Of a stretch of DNA of 64,000 nucleotides, positions 18,956-27,957 are shown piece by piece; positions within the stretch are counted from its first letter, which is position 1; each line of letters begins with the position of its first letter. Made by a program: the position numbers and the translations under genes. The notes below the pieces were generated by a model. That model was given only the letters and a program-made list of their open reading frames with translations, searched no databases and was not told where the DNA came from. Origin of the DNA: a virus (lineage: Duplodnaviria; Caudoviricetes); IMG/VR virus record IMGVR_UViG_2521172663_000002, positions 2,936 through 66,935 of that record. One strand, given 5' to 3'.

Positions 18956-21181
18956 TTGCAAACGCCGCTTGAACTAGCGCAACATTACGTCGGCCAAGGC
19001 TGGCCGGTATTTCCCTGCCGTTCGCACGCCGAGGAGCACGTCGACCAGGCAACCGGCGAGATCATCACTCTCGGAGAAAAGACGCCTTTGACGCCCAATG
19101 GCTTCAAAGGCGCAACGCGCTTTCCGCGCATTATTGAAAGATGGTGGTCGGACTGGCCAAATGCCGCCGTTGGCCTGCCCACGGGCGAGAAGACAGGCTT
19201 CTTCGCGCTCGACATCGACAACAAGCCGGGCGGCGCCAATGGCTTCGACTGGCTGTCGGAGATGGAAGCCGAGCATGGTCCGCTGCCAGACACAGCACGC
19301 GTGACGAGCCCGAACGGCGGGCTGCATATCTACTTCAAGTACGTCGTGGGCACGCGCAACCGCGGCGCTCTGGGCGCTGGCGTCGATATCCGCTCTGAAG
19401 GTGGATACGTGCTCGCCGCCGGCAGCACGATGGCCAATGGCCGCTCCTACAAGTGGGACACTGACACCCGCGAGATAGCCGACGCGCCGGCATGGTTGTT
19501 GGACCTGCTGCTGCCAAAGTCGGCGCCGGCCCATACGCAGTACAGCCTGTCGGCTGCGACGAACAACGCTTACGTCGATGCCGCCGTCGACCGTGAACTG
19601 GCGGACCTTGCTGGTGCGCCGATGGGCAGCCGTAACAACGCACTGAACGATGCTGCTTTTTCCATCGGCACTATCGTCGGAGCGGGTGCGCTCGGTGAAG
19701 CGGAGGCGCGCGCCTTGCTTCAGGATGTGGCTCGTGGCTGGGGCAGGGACTGGTCACGTTGCTGCAAGACGATCGAGAACGGCCTCAAGGCTGGCATCCA
19801 AAACCCTCGCCATATTCCAGAGCCTGACTTCCCGGCGCACGACAACACGCGTCTGGTGGACATCACGCGGATGATCCAGCGCGGTCTCGAGAAAGGCAGG
19901 CTGCGCGAGCAAGCGGCAAGGGTCGATGCAGACGTTACTGTACAGGAAGAAGTGCTGCACAACGGCACGGATATTCCCGAGCGGGAATCTGCATCACCAG
20001 ACGGTGATATGGAGCCAGCAAACGATAACACACCGCAATCGCCAATCACGGCCACTGCGTTCAAGTGGATAGACCCAAAGACATTGCCGCGCCGTGAGTT
20101 CGCTTACGGATCGCACTTCATTCGCAAATACGTATCGGTCACGGTATCTCCTGGCGGCCTTGGTAAGACGTCGGCCAGCATCGCTGAGGGTCTTGCCATG
20201 GTGTCGGGTAGGGCACTGCTCGGCATCAAGCCACCCAAGCGGCTGCGCACATGGATATTCAATGCCGAAGACCCGCGCGACGAGATGGAGCGGCGCATCA
20301 TGGCTGCTTGCATCCACTACAAGCTGAAGCCCGCCGATCTCGAGGGACATCTGTTCCTGGACAGTGGTCGCGAACAGGAGCTGGTCGTCGCCATCGACGA
20401 CAAGAAGGCAGGCGTGCGCATCCAGCAGCCGATTGTCGAAGCGGTGGTTGAGCAGATCGAGCGCAACGGTATTGACGTGATGATTGTCGACCCGTTCGTT
20501 TCCACGCATGGCGTCAACGAGAACGACAACGGCGCGATCGACAAGGTCGCTAAGCTTTGGGCGCAGATCGCCGACTACACCAACTGCTCGATCGATATCG
20601 TGCACCATCTGCGCAAGGTGGCGGACCGAGAGGCCACCGTCGAAGACGCTCGAGGTGCAGTATCGCTGATCGGCGCGGCGCGCTCGGTGCGAGTCCTCAA
20701 CCGCATGTCGGAAGAGCAGGCAGGCGAGGCGGGTATCAACAAGGAGGACCGCTTCGGGTACTTCTACACCACCTACGGAAAGTCGAACCTAACGCCGTTG
20801 TCGCACAAGGCGGAGTGGCGCCATCTGGTGTCGACGCCGCTTGGAAACGGGACAGGTCTTGCCCAGCCGCAAGACTTCGCGCCGGTAGTTACAGAGTGGC
20901 ATTGGCCGAGCGCCGAGGATGTGGCGGGAGACCTCACAGACGACCAGCGTGCGTCCATTCTGGCGGCTGTGAGCGCGTCCGACTACAAGAAGTCACCGAA
21001 GGCCAAGAACTGGGTTGGAGCCGCTGTGGCGTACGCTGTGGGGCTGGATTTGGACGACAACGTGCAGCGCAAGCGCGCGTCCAGCCTTGTGAGTGCGCTG
21101 ATGCGTGAAGGAGCGCTTGTCGAGCGAGAGGAGCGAGATCCGGTCAGGCGCGAGTTGGCGGTGTTTGTTAGGGCGGCTTGA
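18956..21181 (+). CDS. Bifunctional primase/polymerase fused to AAA_25 (RepA-type) helicase
   Basis: WPVFPC, ALDID, GGLHIYF, DIRSEGGYV; SPGGLGKT, IVDP, HHLRK. Confidence 0.9.
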   Translation: MQTPLELAQHYVGQGWPVFPCRSHAEEHVDQATGEIITLGEKTPLTPNGFKGATRFPRIIERWWSDWPNAAVGLPTGEKTGFFALDIDNKPGGANGFDWLSEMEAEHGPLPDTARVTSPNGGLHIYFKYVVGTRNRGALGAGVDIRSEGGYVLAAGSTMANGRSYKWDTDTREIADAPAWLLDLLLPKSAPAHTQYSLSAATNNAYVDAAVDRELADLAGAPMGSRNNALNDAAFSIGTIVGAGALGEAEARALLQDVARGWGRDWSRCCKTIENGLKAGIQNPRHIPEPDFPAHDNTRLVDITRMIQRGLEKGRLREQAARVDADVTVQEEVLHNGTDIPERESASPDGDMEPANDNTPQSPITATAFKWIDPKTLPRREFAYGSHFIRKYVSVTVSPGGLGKTSASIAEGLAMVSGRALLGIKPPKRLRTWIFNAEDPRDEMERRIMAACIHYKLKPADLEGHLFLDSGREQELVVAIDDKKAGVRIQQPIVEAVVEQIERNGIDVMIVDPFVSTHGVNENDNGAIDKVAKLWAQIADYTNCSIDIVHHLRKVADREATVEDARGAVSLIGAARSVRVLNRMSEEQAGEAGINKEDRFGYFYTTYGKSNLTPLSHKAEWRHLVSTPLGNGTGLAQPQDFAPVVTEWHWPSAEDVAGDLTDDQRASILAAVSASDYKKSPKAKNWVGAAVAYAVGLDLDDNVQRKRASSLVSALMREGALVEREERDPVRRELAVFVRAA

Positions 21182-21212
21182 AAAAAAAGAGGAGCTTCGC
21201 CCCTTTTTCTTT
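21182..21212 (+). terminator. Intrinsic terminator, possibly bidirectional
   Basis: A-run, imperfect hairpin, T-run after primase stop. Confidence 0.55.
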
Positions 21213-21213
21213 G

Positions 21214-21250
21214 TAACGCTATTGCGTTACTAACGTAAAAGCGTTATATG
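21214..21250 (+). promoter_or_regulatory. Promoter overlapped by two TAACG-N6-CGTTA palindromes
   Basis: Copies at 21214-21229 and 21231-21246; TTGCGT-17-TATATG. Confidence 0.65.
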
Positions 21251-21296
21251 CAGGTCACCAAACCAAACCAAACCACACCACATTGAGGAGACCTAC

Positions 21297-21527
21297 ATGC
21301 TTCAAGAATTCGCAAAATTTCTTATCGCCGGAATGGATATGCCCTCCGGTGAGCGCGAGGAAATATGGCCTAAGTGGGCCGCAGAGGAGCGCAGGGTTTA
21401 CGAGCGCTGGATAAAAGAAACCAATCGGGGTCAAACGTGGTGCAAGAAAGACCCTATGGTTCAGAGCTGGGACAGCGCTCGATTTCACTGGTTCGAACTC
21501 CCCAAGTTTCGGGAGTTCGTCCGATGA
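21297..21527 (+). CDS. Small hypothetical protein
   Basis: GAGGAGA RBS. Confidence 0.65.
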   Translation: MLQEFAKFLIAGMDMPSGEREEIWPKWAAEERRVYERWIKETNRGQTWCKKDPMVQSWDSARFHWFELPKFREFVR

Positions 21528-21697
21528 GCAAGACCAATCCAGATCACAAGGCGAGGTTTTCTTTTGGCGTTATGTGCTCGTGCTCATGTGGGTGGACTTC
21601 CGCCACATGGTTCGGGAAAGGCGCGAAGTACAGCGCCGCCGGAGAATGGCGCTATCACCGGGAGAAGTGTGAAGCGGTGAAGGAGGAAGACAAGTGA
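21524..21697 (+). CDS. Small Cys/His protein
   Basis: ATGA coupling; H..CSCGW...H. Confidence 0.6.
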   Translation: MSKTNPDHKARFSFGVMCSCSCGWTSATWFGKGAKYSAAGEWRYHREKCEAVKEEDK

Positions 21698-21918
21698 CAC
21701 AGTTCATGGTCCGCATCCTGCGGGACACAGACGAAGACTACGCCGACGTGGTTGTGGATGCCGACGACGAGGCAGAGGCAAGGGAACTGGCGCTTGCTAT
21801 CGTCAGGAAGAAACCGAGCCAGTGGTTTGATACGCCTCAGCCGCCGACATATTCAGTTGATGAGTCGAGTGATGTGGAAGAGTTTGATGGCTCTGAATAT
21901 GAGAGTGCAACTCTATGA
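21694..21918 (+). CDS. Small acidic protein
   Basis: GTGA coupling; VVVDADDEAEARELA. Confidence 0.65.
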   Translation: MTQFMVRILRDTDEDYADVVVDADDEAEARELALAIVRKKPSQWFDTPQPPTYSVDESSDVEEFDGSEYESATL

Positions 21919-22115
21919 TGGGCAACAAGTGGGTTCAGGCTTCCATCATCTTCGGTTTGGCTGTCGGTATCTGGATTGGCGGGTGGATCGCGCTCTTATG
22001 GCCGACACAGCCATTCCATCTTATCGTTCCTGTGCCAATCGGGCTGTGGGCAATGTGGGTTGGTGCTAATGCCCGAGGAACGGACGGATGGGGAGGTCCT
22101 TGGAATGGCCCCTGA
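21915..22115 (+). CDS. Small membrane protein
   Basis: ATGA coupling; two TM segments. Confidence 0.55.
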   Translation: MMGNKWVQASIIFGLAVGIWIGGWIALLWPTQPFHLIVPVPIGLWAMWVGANARGTDGWGGPWNGP

Positions 22116-22221
22116 GCTTCAATACTTCATCGCGTTTTGGGTATTTGCTGCTATCCTGTTCGCTGGAATGCTCATCCATGGAGCAAAAAACGATGATGGC
22201 CCGCACGGATGGTTTTTTTGA
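22105..22221 (+). CDS. 38-aa single-TM peptide
   Basis: GGAGG RBS; hydrophobic core. Confidence 0.45.
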   Translation: MAPELQYFIAFWVFAAILFAGMLIHGAKNDDGPHGWFF

Positions 22222-22253
22222 CGGTCCTTGACGTCATGAAAGAATCGTCGCTC

Positions 22254-22478
22254 ATGGACCACATGCCAAAGGCCCAAATGACCAACGCAGAGTTCCGCAG
22301 CATCAGAGAGAAGCTTGGCTTCACTCAAGCGGAACTCGCCGCATTTTTTGATTATGGTTCGCACGTTCGTATCTCAGAGTTTGAGCGCGCGACCAATCCT
22401 AAGCCAATCCCAGACGTGTTGGCACGCCTTATGCGAGCGTACGACGAGGGATACCGTCCGAAAGACTGGCCGAAATAA
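22254..22478 (+). CDS. XRE HTH regulator
   Basis: FRSIREKLGFTQAELA..ISEFER. Confidence 0.85.
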   Translation: MDHMPKAQMTNAEFRSIREKLGFTQAELAAFFDYGSHVRISEFERATNPKPIPDVLARLMRAYDEGYRPKDWPK

Positions 22479-22484
22479 TTAGTT

Positions 22485-22736
22485 TCACTCAATATTTCCT
22501 GCGGCACGTTGAACTGTCAGAACGATCTCATCTGGCGCATGGATCAGTCCTGGGTGGTTTTGTGCCAGTATCTCGACTATCGCCCATTTCGCCGCATTCA
22601 TGTGGACTTGCCGAACATCTACTCGTCCGCTCTCTAAATTTTCGTATGTCCGTAGAGGAAGTCCCATCGCTATCGAAAAATCTTTCTGGGACATACAGGT
22701 AGATTGACGCAACGCCTTCAGTTCTTCAGCCGACAT
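22485..22736 (-). CDS. XRE HTH regulator
   Basis: LKALRQSTCMSQKDFS..LRTYENLESG. Confidence 0.85.
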   Translation of the reverse strand: MSAEELKALRQSTCMSQKDFSIAMGLPLRTYENLESGRVDVRQVHMNAAKWAIVEILAQNHPGLIHAPDEIVLTVQRAAGNIE

Positions 22737-22800
22737 TGAATTCCACACTCCCTTTTGCTATTTTGGGAACCGGAGAGGTTGCAGCCTCTCCGGCCCCAGT

Positions 22801-22869
22801 TTAACGGCCGATGGAGATCGTTACTCTCCACTTGCCGAACCGGACTTGGACGGTGAGCTTGATGCTCAT
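22801..22869 (-). CDS. 22-aa peptide MSIKLTVQVRFGKWRVTISIGR
   Basis: GGAGGA RBS; followed by strong hairpin; not in ORF track. Confidence 0.55.
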   Translation of the reverse strand: MSIKLTVQVRFGKWRVTISIGR

Positions 22870-22922
22870 GGTATCCTCCAGTCGGGTTGCCGAAGCGGGT
22901 TTGCTTCGGTGATTTCTTTATG

Positions 22923-22968
22923 CCACCATTTTGGTGGTCGCGCAAGCGAAAACCACCATTTTGGTGGT
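22923..22968 (-). promoter_or_regulatory. Two CCACCA-TTT-TGGTGG palindromic operators flanking a -35 box
   Basis: Copies at 22923-22937 and 22953-22967; minus strand TTGCGC-17-CATAAA. Confidence 0.7.
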
Positions 22969-23054
22969 AAAAAATAAAGCCGTCTGCCTTACAGGGCTGG
23001 CGGCTTTTTTTGTCTCTTATACGACGGGAGATTATCGCCGTTCTCACTTATCGG

Positions 23055-23079
23055 GGAACCATTTGCGCCACCTTGCGTT
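23055..23079 (+). promoter_or_regulatory. EcfG/RpoE2 general-stress promoter
   Basis: GGAAC-N16-CGTT upstream of csbD-like gene. Confidence 0.75.
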
Positions 23080-23111
23080 TTCTCCTCAAACAACAAAGAG
23101 GAGACATATCA

Positions 23112-23315
23112 ATGGATTGGAACCGCGTAGAAGGTAACTGGAAACAGATGAAGGGAAAGGTTAAGGAGCAGTGGGGAAAACTCACCGACGACGACCTTGA
23201 TGTCATCAATGGCAAGCGTGAGCAGCTGGAAGGCAAAATCCAGGAGCGCTATGGCTATGCGAAGGACCAGACCAAGAAAGACATCGACGACTGGTATGGT
23301 CGTCAGGGTTGGTAA
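23112..23315 (+). CDS. CsbD/YjbJ family stress protein
   Basis: MDWNRVEGNWKQMKGKVKEQWGKLTDDDL. Confidence 0.95.
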   Translation: MDWNRVEGNWKQMKGKVKEQWGKLTDDDLDVINGKREQLEGKIQERYGYAKDQTKKDIDDWYGRQGW

Positions 23316-23547
23316 TGCTGGAACCTTAAGCGCGCCGGGCAGTTAGATAGGTCATGGCAGCGCGTTAGCGCAGCGGCTTTATCGTCGACCACGGATGTAC
23401 TGGCGGCGCAGAGAAGCAAAAGAAAGGTCGGTGCAGAGATGCGCTGGCCTTTTTTGTGGGTCTGGTTGTATCTTTCCCGTCATTCAACTTTTATTTTGTT
23501 GCCTTAGGAGCTAAATATGTATTGAGCGAATTGAGAAGGAATCGGCA

Positions 23548-24444
23548 ATGAAGAGAGTGAACCTTCTTGAATATTTTGAGTTGGCAGAAAGTGTGATGTC
23601 TGCAAAGTCCGGGCTGAGCACGAATTCTTCAACTGAGGTTGCCTCGATCTATTTTTCGATCTCCGGATTGCTACCGCGACTGAATACATTTCTTAGTGAC
23701 GACAACGGGTTCTCTGCTTCTAAGCATGCTGCATCGGAACTTTTGGCAGGGGTAAGCGGGTGGATTGATGAGAAAGTCTTCCCGGGTGGAGGCTTTTCGA
23801 GTGAAAGATTTGATAAGAAGATTGATCCGTGGGAGTGGGCTCAACTAAGAAAGAAGGTTGAGGCGTTCCGCACAGTATTTGAGGCCGAGTGCCATGGCGT
23901 TGATGTTTATTCACTTGGCCAAATATCAATTTATAAAACGCAGACCCTCGTTTCGAACGGCGCAAAGATAATTCCAGAAGAGTACCATAGTGACATACCA
24001 GCAGAGGCGCTCGCTGAGTTCGACAATGCTGGCAAATGTTTAGCATTCGACTTGCCGACATCCTGCGGTTTTCATGCGTTGAGAGGGCTGGAACTCGTTA
24101 TGGACGCATACCTGGCTGCGTTTGGCGTCAATACGAAGCGGCTGAGAAGTTGGAATATGTATATTCAGGCCGCGAAAAAACTGATCGATGATGACAAGGC
24201 AAATTCGAAACCGTCTCCAAAGGTCGCCGCGATGCTCGACAGGATGCGGGAATTAGATCGAAATCCTCTGATGCATCCGAGGGACACCCTCGATACCCTT
24301 TCGGCCGATCAGCTTTATAAGCTGTGCGCAATTACCGTTGGCGAAATTGTTCGCGACATCCGTAAGCTCAAGAGCGGCGGCGCTGTGGCAAAAATCGCAA
24401 ACAACGCTGGCGCATCGCTTCCCTCCATGCAACTCGAAAAATAG
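23548..24444 (+). CDS. Lower-GC protein with C-terminal HEPN-like motif
   Basis: FHALRGLE and RNPLMH (RxxxxH). Confidence 0.6.
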   Translation: MKRVNLLEYFELAESVMSAKSGLSTNSSTEVASIYFSISGLLPRLNTFLSDDNGFSASKHAASELLAGVSGWIDEKVFPGGGFSSERFDKKIDPWEWAQLRKKVEAFRTVFEAECHGVDVYSLGQISIYKTQTLVSNGAKIIPEEYHSDIPAEALAEFDNAGKCLAFDLPTSCGFHALRGLELVMDAYLAAFGVNTKRLRSWNMYIQAAKKLIDDDKANSKPSPKVAAMLDRMRELDRNPLMHPRDTLDTLSADQLYKLCAITVGEIVRDIRKLKSGGAVAKIANNAGASLPSMQLEK

Positions 24445-24459
24445 CAAATACAACTTCTA

Positions 24460-24620
24460 ATGCTGCACGCATAGCGCATTATTTATCCGTGCACTAACTG
24501 TGCACATACGGGCGGAGACACCCGCACAGCGCTGCCCGGTTGGTGCACGTTTAGTAGGGTATATATTTATATATACCCCTACACGTGCAACCGTGCAGGG
24601 CGGTGTGCCGCGCGCACGGT
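24460..24620. other. Candidate replication origin
   Basis: gggtatata/tatataccc inverted repeat 24557-24578 amid repeated (G)TGCAC boxes. Confidence 0.35.
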
Positions 24621-24739
24621 TCTCATGATGATTTATTCGGGCAACGAGCAGCGGGCAGAAGGGCGGTCGTGATGCAACCTGCATTTCGACTGGAACTCGA
24701 ATCAAGGTGGTCGCATTTGCGTGTTAGAAGGAGGGCACC

Positions 24740-24901
24740 ATGCCAGACAACGAAACGCAGCCGTACACCGTCGAGCAACTGCAACAGGAATATTCGGTCA
24801 GCCTGCCAAAGGCCGTCGAGGTCATGGATCGCTTTGGCGGAGATCGACGGACGATCAAGAAGCTGATGAAGCGATGTCCGCACCGCGGTGACGAGCACTA
24901 A
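24740..24901 (+). CDS. 53-aa small protein, probable stress-regulon member
   Basis: AAGGAGG RBS; MPDNETQPYTVEQL; GGAAC-N17-CATT at 24692; terminator follows. Confidence 0.6.
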   Translation: MPDNETQPYTVEQLQQEYSVSLPKAVEVMDRFGGDRRTIKKLMKRCPHRGDEH

Positions 24902-25031
24902 AAAACGACCGGCGTTCAGCCGGTCTTTTCTTTTGGCCAAAAAATATTTCACAAATTGACTACCCGTTTTCACTCCTATCTCGGAAAGTATGTGTGTCGC
25001 CACCACGACAACACCACACGAGGAGGCCAGC

Positions 25032-25496
25032 ATGCAGCAAACCACCCGCATCAATGGCAAGCGCGTCATCATCCGTACTTCGCCAAAAGGCACTGTCACT
25101 TTCGCAGACGCACCCATCAAGGAAAGCGAAGGGCAGGCGGCTCAGGTCCGCGCCCTGCGGTCGCTGCCGGAGTACGGCCGCCAGTTCCTGCTCGCGGGTG
25201 ACATGAACAGTGCCAAGCGCGGTCCACGTGCCCAGGCTGACGCTATCGCGACTGGCATGACGCCTGGCGAAGCTGACCTGCGGATCTACCTCAAGGGCGG
25301 TGTGCTGCGGATGATCGAGAACAAGGTCGGCAAAGGTCGGCTGTCTCCGGCACAGGTCGCGCGCCACGCATCACTCGTCAGACTGGGGCACCCGGTTGAA
25401 GTGGTGCGCTTCACGTCCACAGGTGAAGCGGCAAGCAAGGCCGTATCGCTGGTGCGCCAGTGGCTTGCTGACAACGACAACACCAAGCAGCAGTAA
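25032..25496 (+). CDS. VRR-NUC domain nuclease
   Basis: GMTPGEADL..MIENK..GRLSPAQ. Confidence 0.8.
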   Translation: MQQTTRINGKRVIIRTSPKGTVTFADAPIKESEGQAAQVRALRSLPEYGRQFLLAGDMNSAKRGPRAQADAIATGMTPGEADLRIYLKGGVLRMIENKVGKGRLSPAQVARHASLVRLGHPVEVVRFTSTGEAASKAVSLVRQWLADNDNTKQQ

Positions 25497-25536
25497 CCGG
25501 CGCCTACCAAGCGCCAGCACCACAGGGGAGACGAGT

Positions 25537-26442
25537 ATGGCCAGACATGGATCACTTGCAGAACAGCTTGCAGCAGTTCGCCGTTATGTAACGACACCAG
25601 ACCATGAACCCGAGCCGCTACAGACGAACTGGTCGGTTGTTGCCGCGAACGACAACAATCCGGATGATGTCGAGGGTCTCAAGCATGACCGCAAAAGGCT
25701 GGTCACTCCGTCGGTAGCGGAAATCATGAAGAACGTTGCATCAGGTGAAGTGGAGAAAAACGAAGAAGGACAGACGATTCGCATCGGTCGACTTCGTTTC
25801 AGTGACGGGAACCAGACCGAAAGAGCGTTCAGGCTTACGATCGACGGAGGCGTTGAGGAATATGCCGCAAGGATGCCAGCAGGTGCGATGCTTGGTTCAC
25901 GCGACAAGGTTGACGTTGCGCTTGGCGGTGACGAAAACCCACGTGAGGTGATCGAAAGCAACAACTACTTCGCCGAGATGCTGGACACCAAGAAGCCCAG
26001 ATACGTCACAGGGCACAGGCACAAGGGCATTCGCATCAATCTCAACCACGACGAAGCCAAGGCGCAGTTGGCCAGGGCTTACGCCAACACCGACATGAGC
26101 AAAGTTACTTTCACCCGCTGCCCTGACGGGCTGCCATGCGGCTCCGCCAAGATTGCCGATAGCTTTCTGGGAATGCAAAAGACCACATGCGCTGGCGGCG
26201 GCTCAATGATGTGGCAGGACATCGTCACTGCGATGGCTGATCGCAAGGAGTGGTTCGATGCGGTTGACGAGCTAAAGGACGAGGACAGGGCGACGCTGGA
26301 AGCGGCAAGGACTGCCAAGAACATGGCGGAACTCGGGGCGAAGGCTGGGCATCAAGGCAAGCAGGCTGAACGCCAAGGCAAGCGACGATTGATTGCAGCC
26401 AATGATAATCTGATGGCTGCGCTGCGAAAGGCATCATCATAG
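25537..26442 (+). CDS. Conserved hypothetical protein at late-activator position
   Basis: RBS; last early gene before tRNA/packaging module; two AANDN motifs. Confidence 0.7.
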   Translation: MARHGSLAEQLAAVRRYVTTPDHEPEPLQTNWSVVAANDNNPDDVEGLKHDRKRLVTPSVAEIMKNVASGEVEKNEEGQTIRIGRLRFSDGNQTERAFRLTIDGGVEEYAARMPAGAMLGSRDKVDVALGGDENPREVIESNNYFAEMLDTKKPRYVTGHRHKGIRINLNHDEAKAQLARAYANTDMSKVTFTRCPDGLPCGSAKIADSFLGMQKTTCAGGGSMMWQDIVTAMADRKEWFDAVDELKDEDRATLEAARTAKNMAELGAKAGHQGKQAERQGKRRLIAANDNLMAALRKASS

Positions 26443-26582
26443 CGTCCCTTTCCGCGATCTCGGAGAGAGTAGGGTGAAGGGGGCGCAACTAAGTTGCGAA
26501 CCCCACTGCACTCCGAGCGCTATGCGTCGGGCCCATCGCCATGCTGCACTCGTTGCATCCTCTGAGCTTTGGGTAACTATCA

Positions 26583-26659
26583 CGTGGAGTAGAGCAGCCC
26601 GGTAGCTCGCCAGCCTCATAAGCTGGAGGCCGTGAGTTCAAATCTCACCTCCGCAACCA
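26583..26659 (+). tRNA. tRNA-Met(CAT), initiator-like variant
   Basis: 77-nt cloverleaf, AGCAGCCCGGTAGCTCG D-arm, CAT anticodon, GTTCAAATC T-loop, C1-A72 mismatch, encoded CCA. Confidence 0.9.
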
Positions 26660-26827
26660 GTCAGCAGGACAGGCCGTGGACGCGTAAGCCCTGATAACCG
26701 AACCGCACAATGCGGCCTGCTTCCCCATCCCATGCGCGTTCTCCTCCGCTTGCATGGTGATCGTGCGGCCCGTTCCCTTAATTGGTAGAGCGGGCCGCTT
26801 TTGTTTTTCTTAATTGTTGGCGGTTCC

Positions 26828-27424
26828 TTACGGCCTAGTGTCAGGCCTACCAGGTCTCTGCAGATCATCTGGAATCGGAATGTCGGTGCCGCCGCCACCG
26901 CCATCGGTAGGCTGCGGCCGATCAGGCCCACTTTCCACTCTGGCTGTCATTTCTCCTTGGCGCGGAAAATCGAACTTGATACGGCGACCAGATACAGAGC
27001 CATGTCGATCTCTAATACGCTCTAGAACTTCTTCGGTGGGTGTGTAGCTTTCAAACTTGGCAACCAGATCGCGGCCAAGATTTAAAGTTTTATTGTCGGC
27101 GCTAAAAACGATGTCCGGACAATGCGGAATGCTTGGCGTATTTGGTTCTAATGGTGCCGACGGCTCTGTCGGAAACATAGGCTTTATCGCTATCACCTTT
27201 GCGTTGGGTCGCTGGGGCAGAAACTGTTCGGCGATGCTTGGTGCGCGAATGTGGCCGACCGTGTATCCGTCTAGGTTAATCGCTGCAAAGTCTTCACGTA
27301 ACTTAATTATATCAACTTGCGGACAAGTCTGCTGGCCTGGAACCTGTGTTAAGCCGATCGACGGCAAAAGTAACGAACACCCAACCGCAAAGCCTATCGA
27401 CGTGAAAATACGAGTGCTGACCAT
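26828..27424 (-). CDS. Secreted hypothetical moron protein
   Basis: Signal-peptide-like N-terminus; Pro/Gly-rich tail. Confidence 0.55.
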   Translation of the reverse strand: MVSTRIFTSIGFAVGCSLLLPSIGLTQVPGQQTCPQVDIIKLREDFAAINLDGYTVGHIRAPSIAEQFLPQRPNAKVIAIKPMFPTEPSAPLEPNTPSIPHCPDIVFSADNKTLNLGRDLVAKFESYTPTEEVLERIRDRHGSVSGRRIKFDFPRQGEMTARVESGPDRPQPTDGGGGGTDIPIPDDLQRPGRPDTRP

Positions 27425-27517
27425 CAGTTCCCCCTGAACTATAGCAGATAAAATAAGAATTGCACTCGATGATGTGTTTGTCGAGAGCCGCGAACTTCTT
27501 TTTATGCTGGCACACCA

Positions 27518-27838
27518 ATGCCCAAACCCTACGGCCGCTCGGCCGAAGCTGCGCTCTACCGTCGAATGTACAAGACGGCACGATGGCAGCGCTTACGTTT
27601 GGCGCAGCTTGCTGCCGAGCCGCTATGCCGGTTCTGCCTGGCTGTCGAGGATGTCACCGAGGCAACTACGTGTGACCACGTCAAGCCGCACAAGGGCGAC
27701 GAGGCTTTGTTCTACGACCCGAACAACCTGCAATCACTTTGCGCTCCATGCCACGACAAGCTGAAGGCTCGCATCGAGCGAGGCCAACAGGCCGTGGTCA
27801 TTGGTGTTGATGGATATCCCGTCGAGGTCGGTGGGTAG
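27518..27838 (+). CDS. Packaging-associated HNH endonuclease
   Basis: PLCRFC..DHVKPH..NLQSLCAPCH upstream of terS. Confidence 0.9.
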   Translation: MPKPYGRSAEAALYRRMYKTARWQRLRLAQLAAEPLCRFCLAVEDVTEATTCDHVKPHKGDEALFYDPNNLQSLCAPCHDKLKARIERGQQAVVIGVDGYPVEVGG

Positions 27839-27957
27839 GGGGTGCCTCGAAAGTGGCCGACCGACCACCGCAGGACCGCCGGGGTAACGCAATTCAAGTG
27901 CAAACACAGATTTTTGCCTAGCGCGTGCGCAAGTGCGCGTGCGCGAGGGGATTCCGC

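Noticed and set aside
22923-22968. CCACCA operator half-site being the same signal as the ACCA-loop leaders
   Set aside because: Here it is a palindromic DNA site at a promoter; the leaders are single-stranded loops with no TGGTGG partner. Probably coincidental.
27839-27957. Exact cos site
   Set aside because: Position between HNH and terS is plausible but the cut site cannot be defined from sequence alone.
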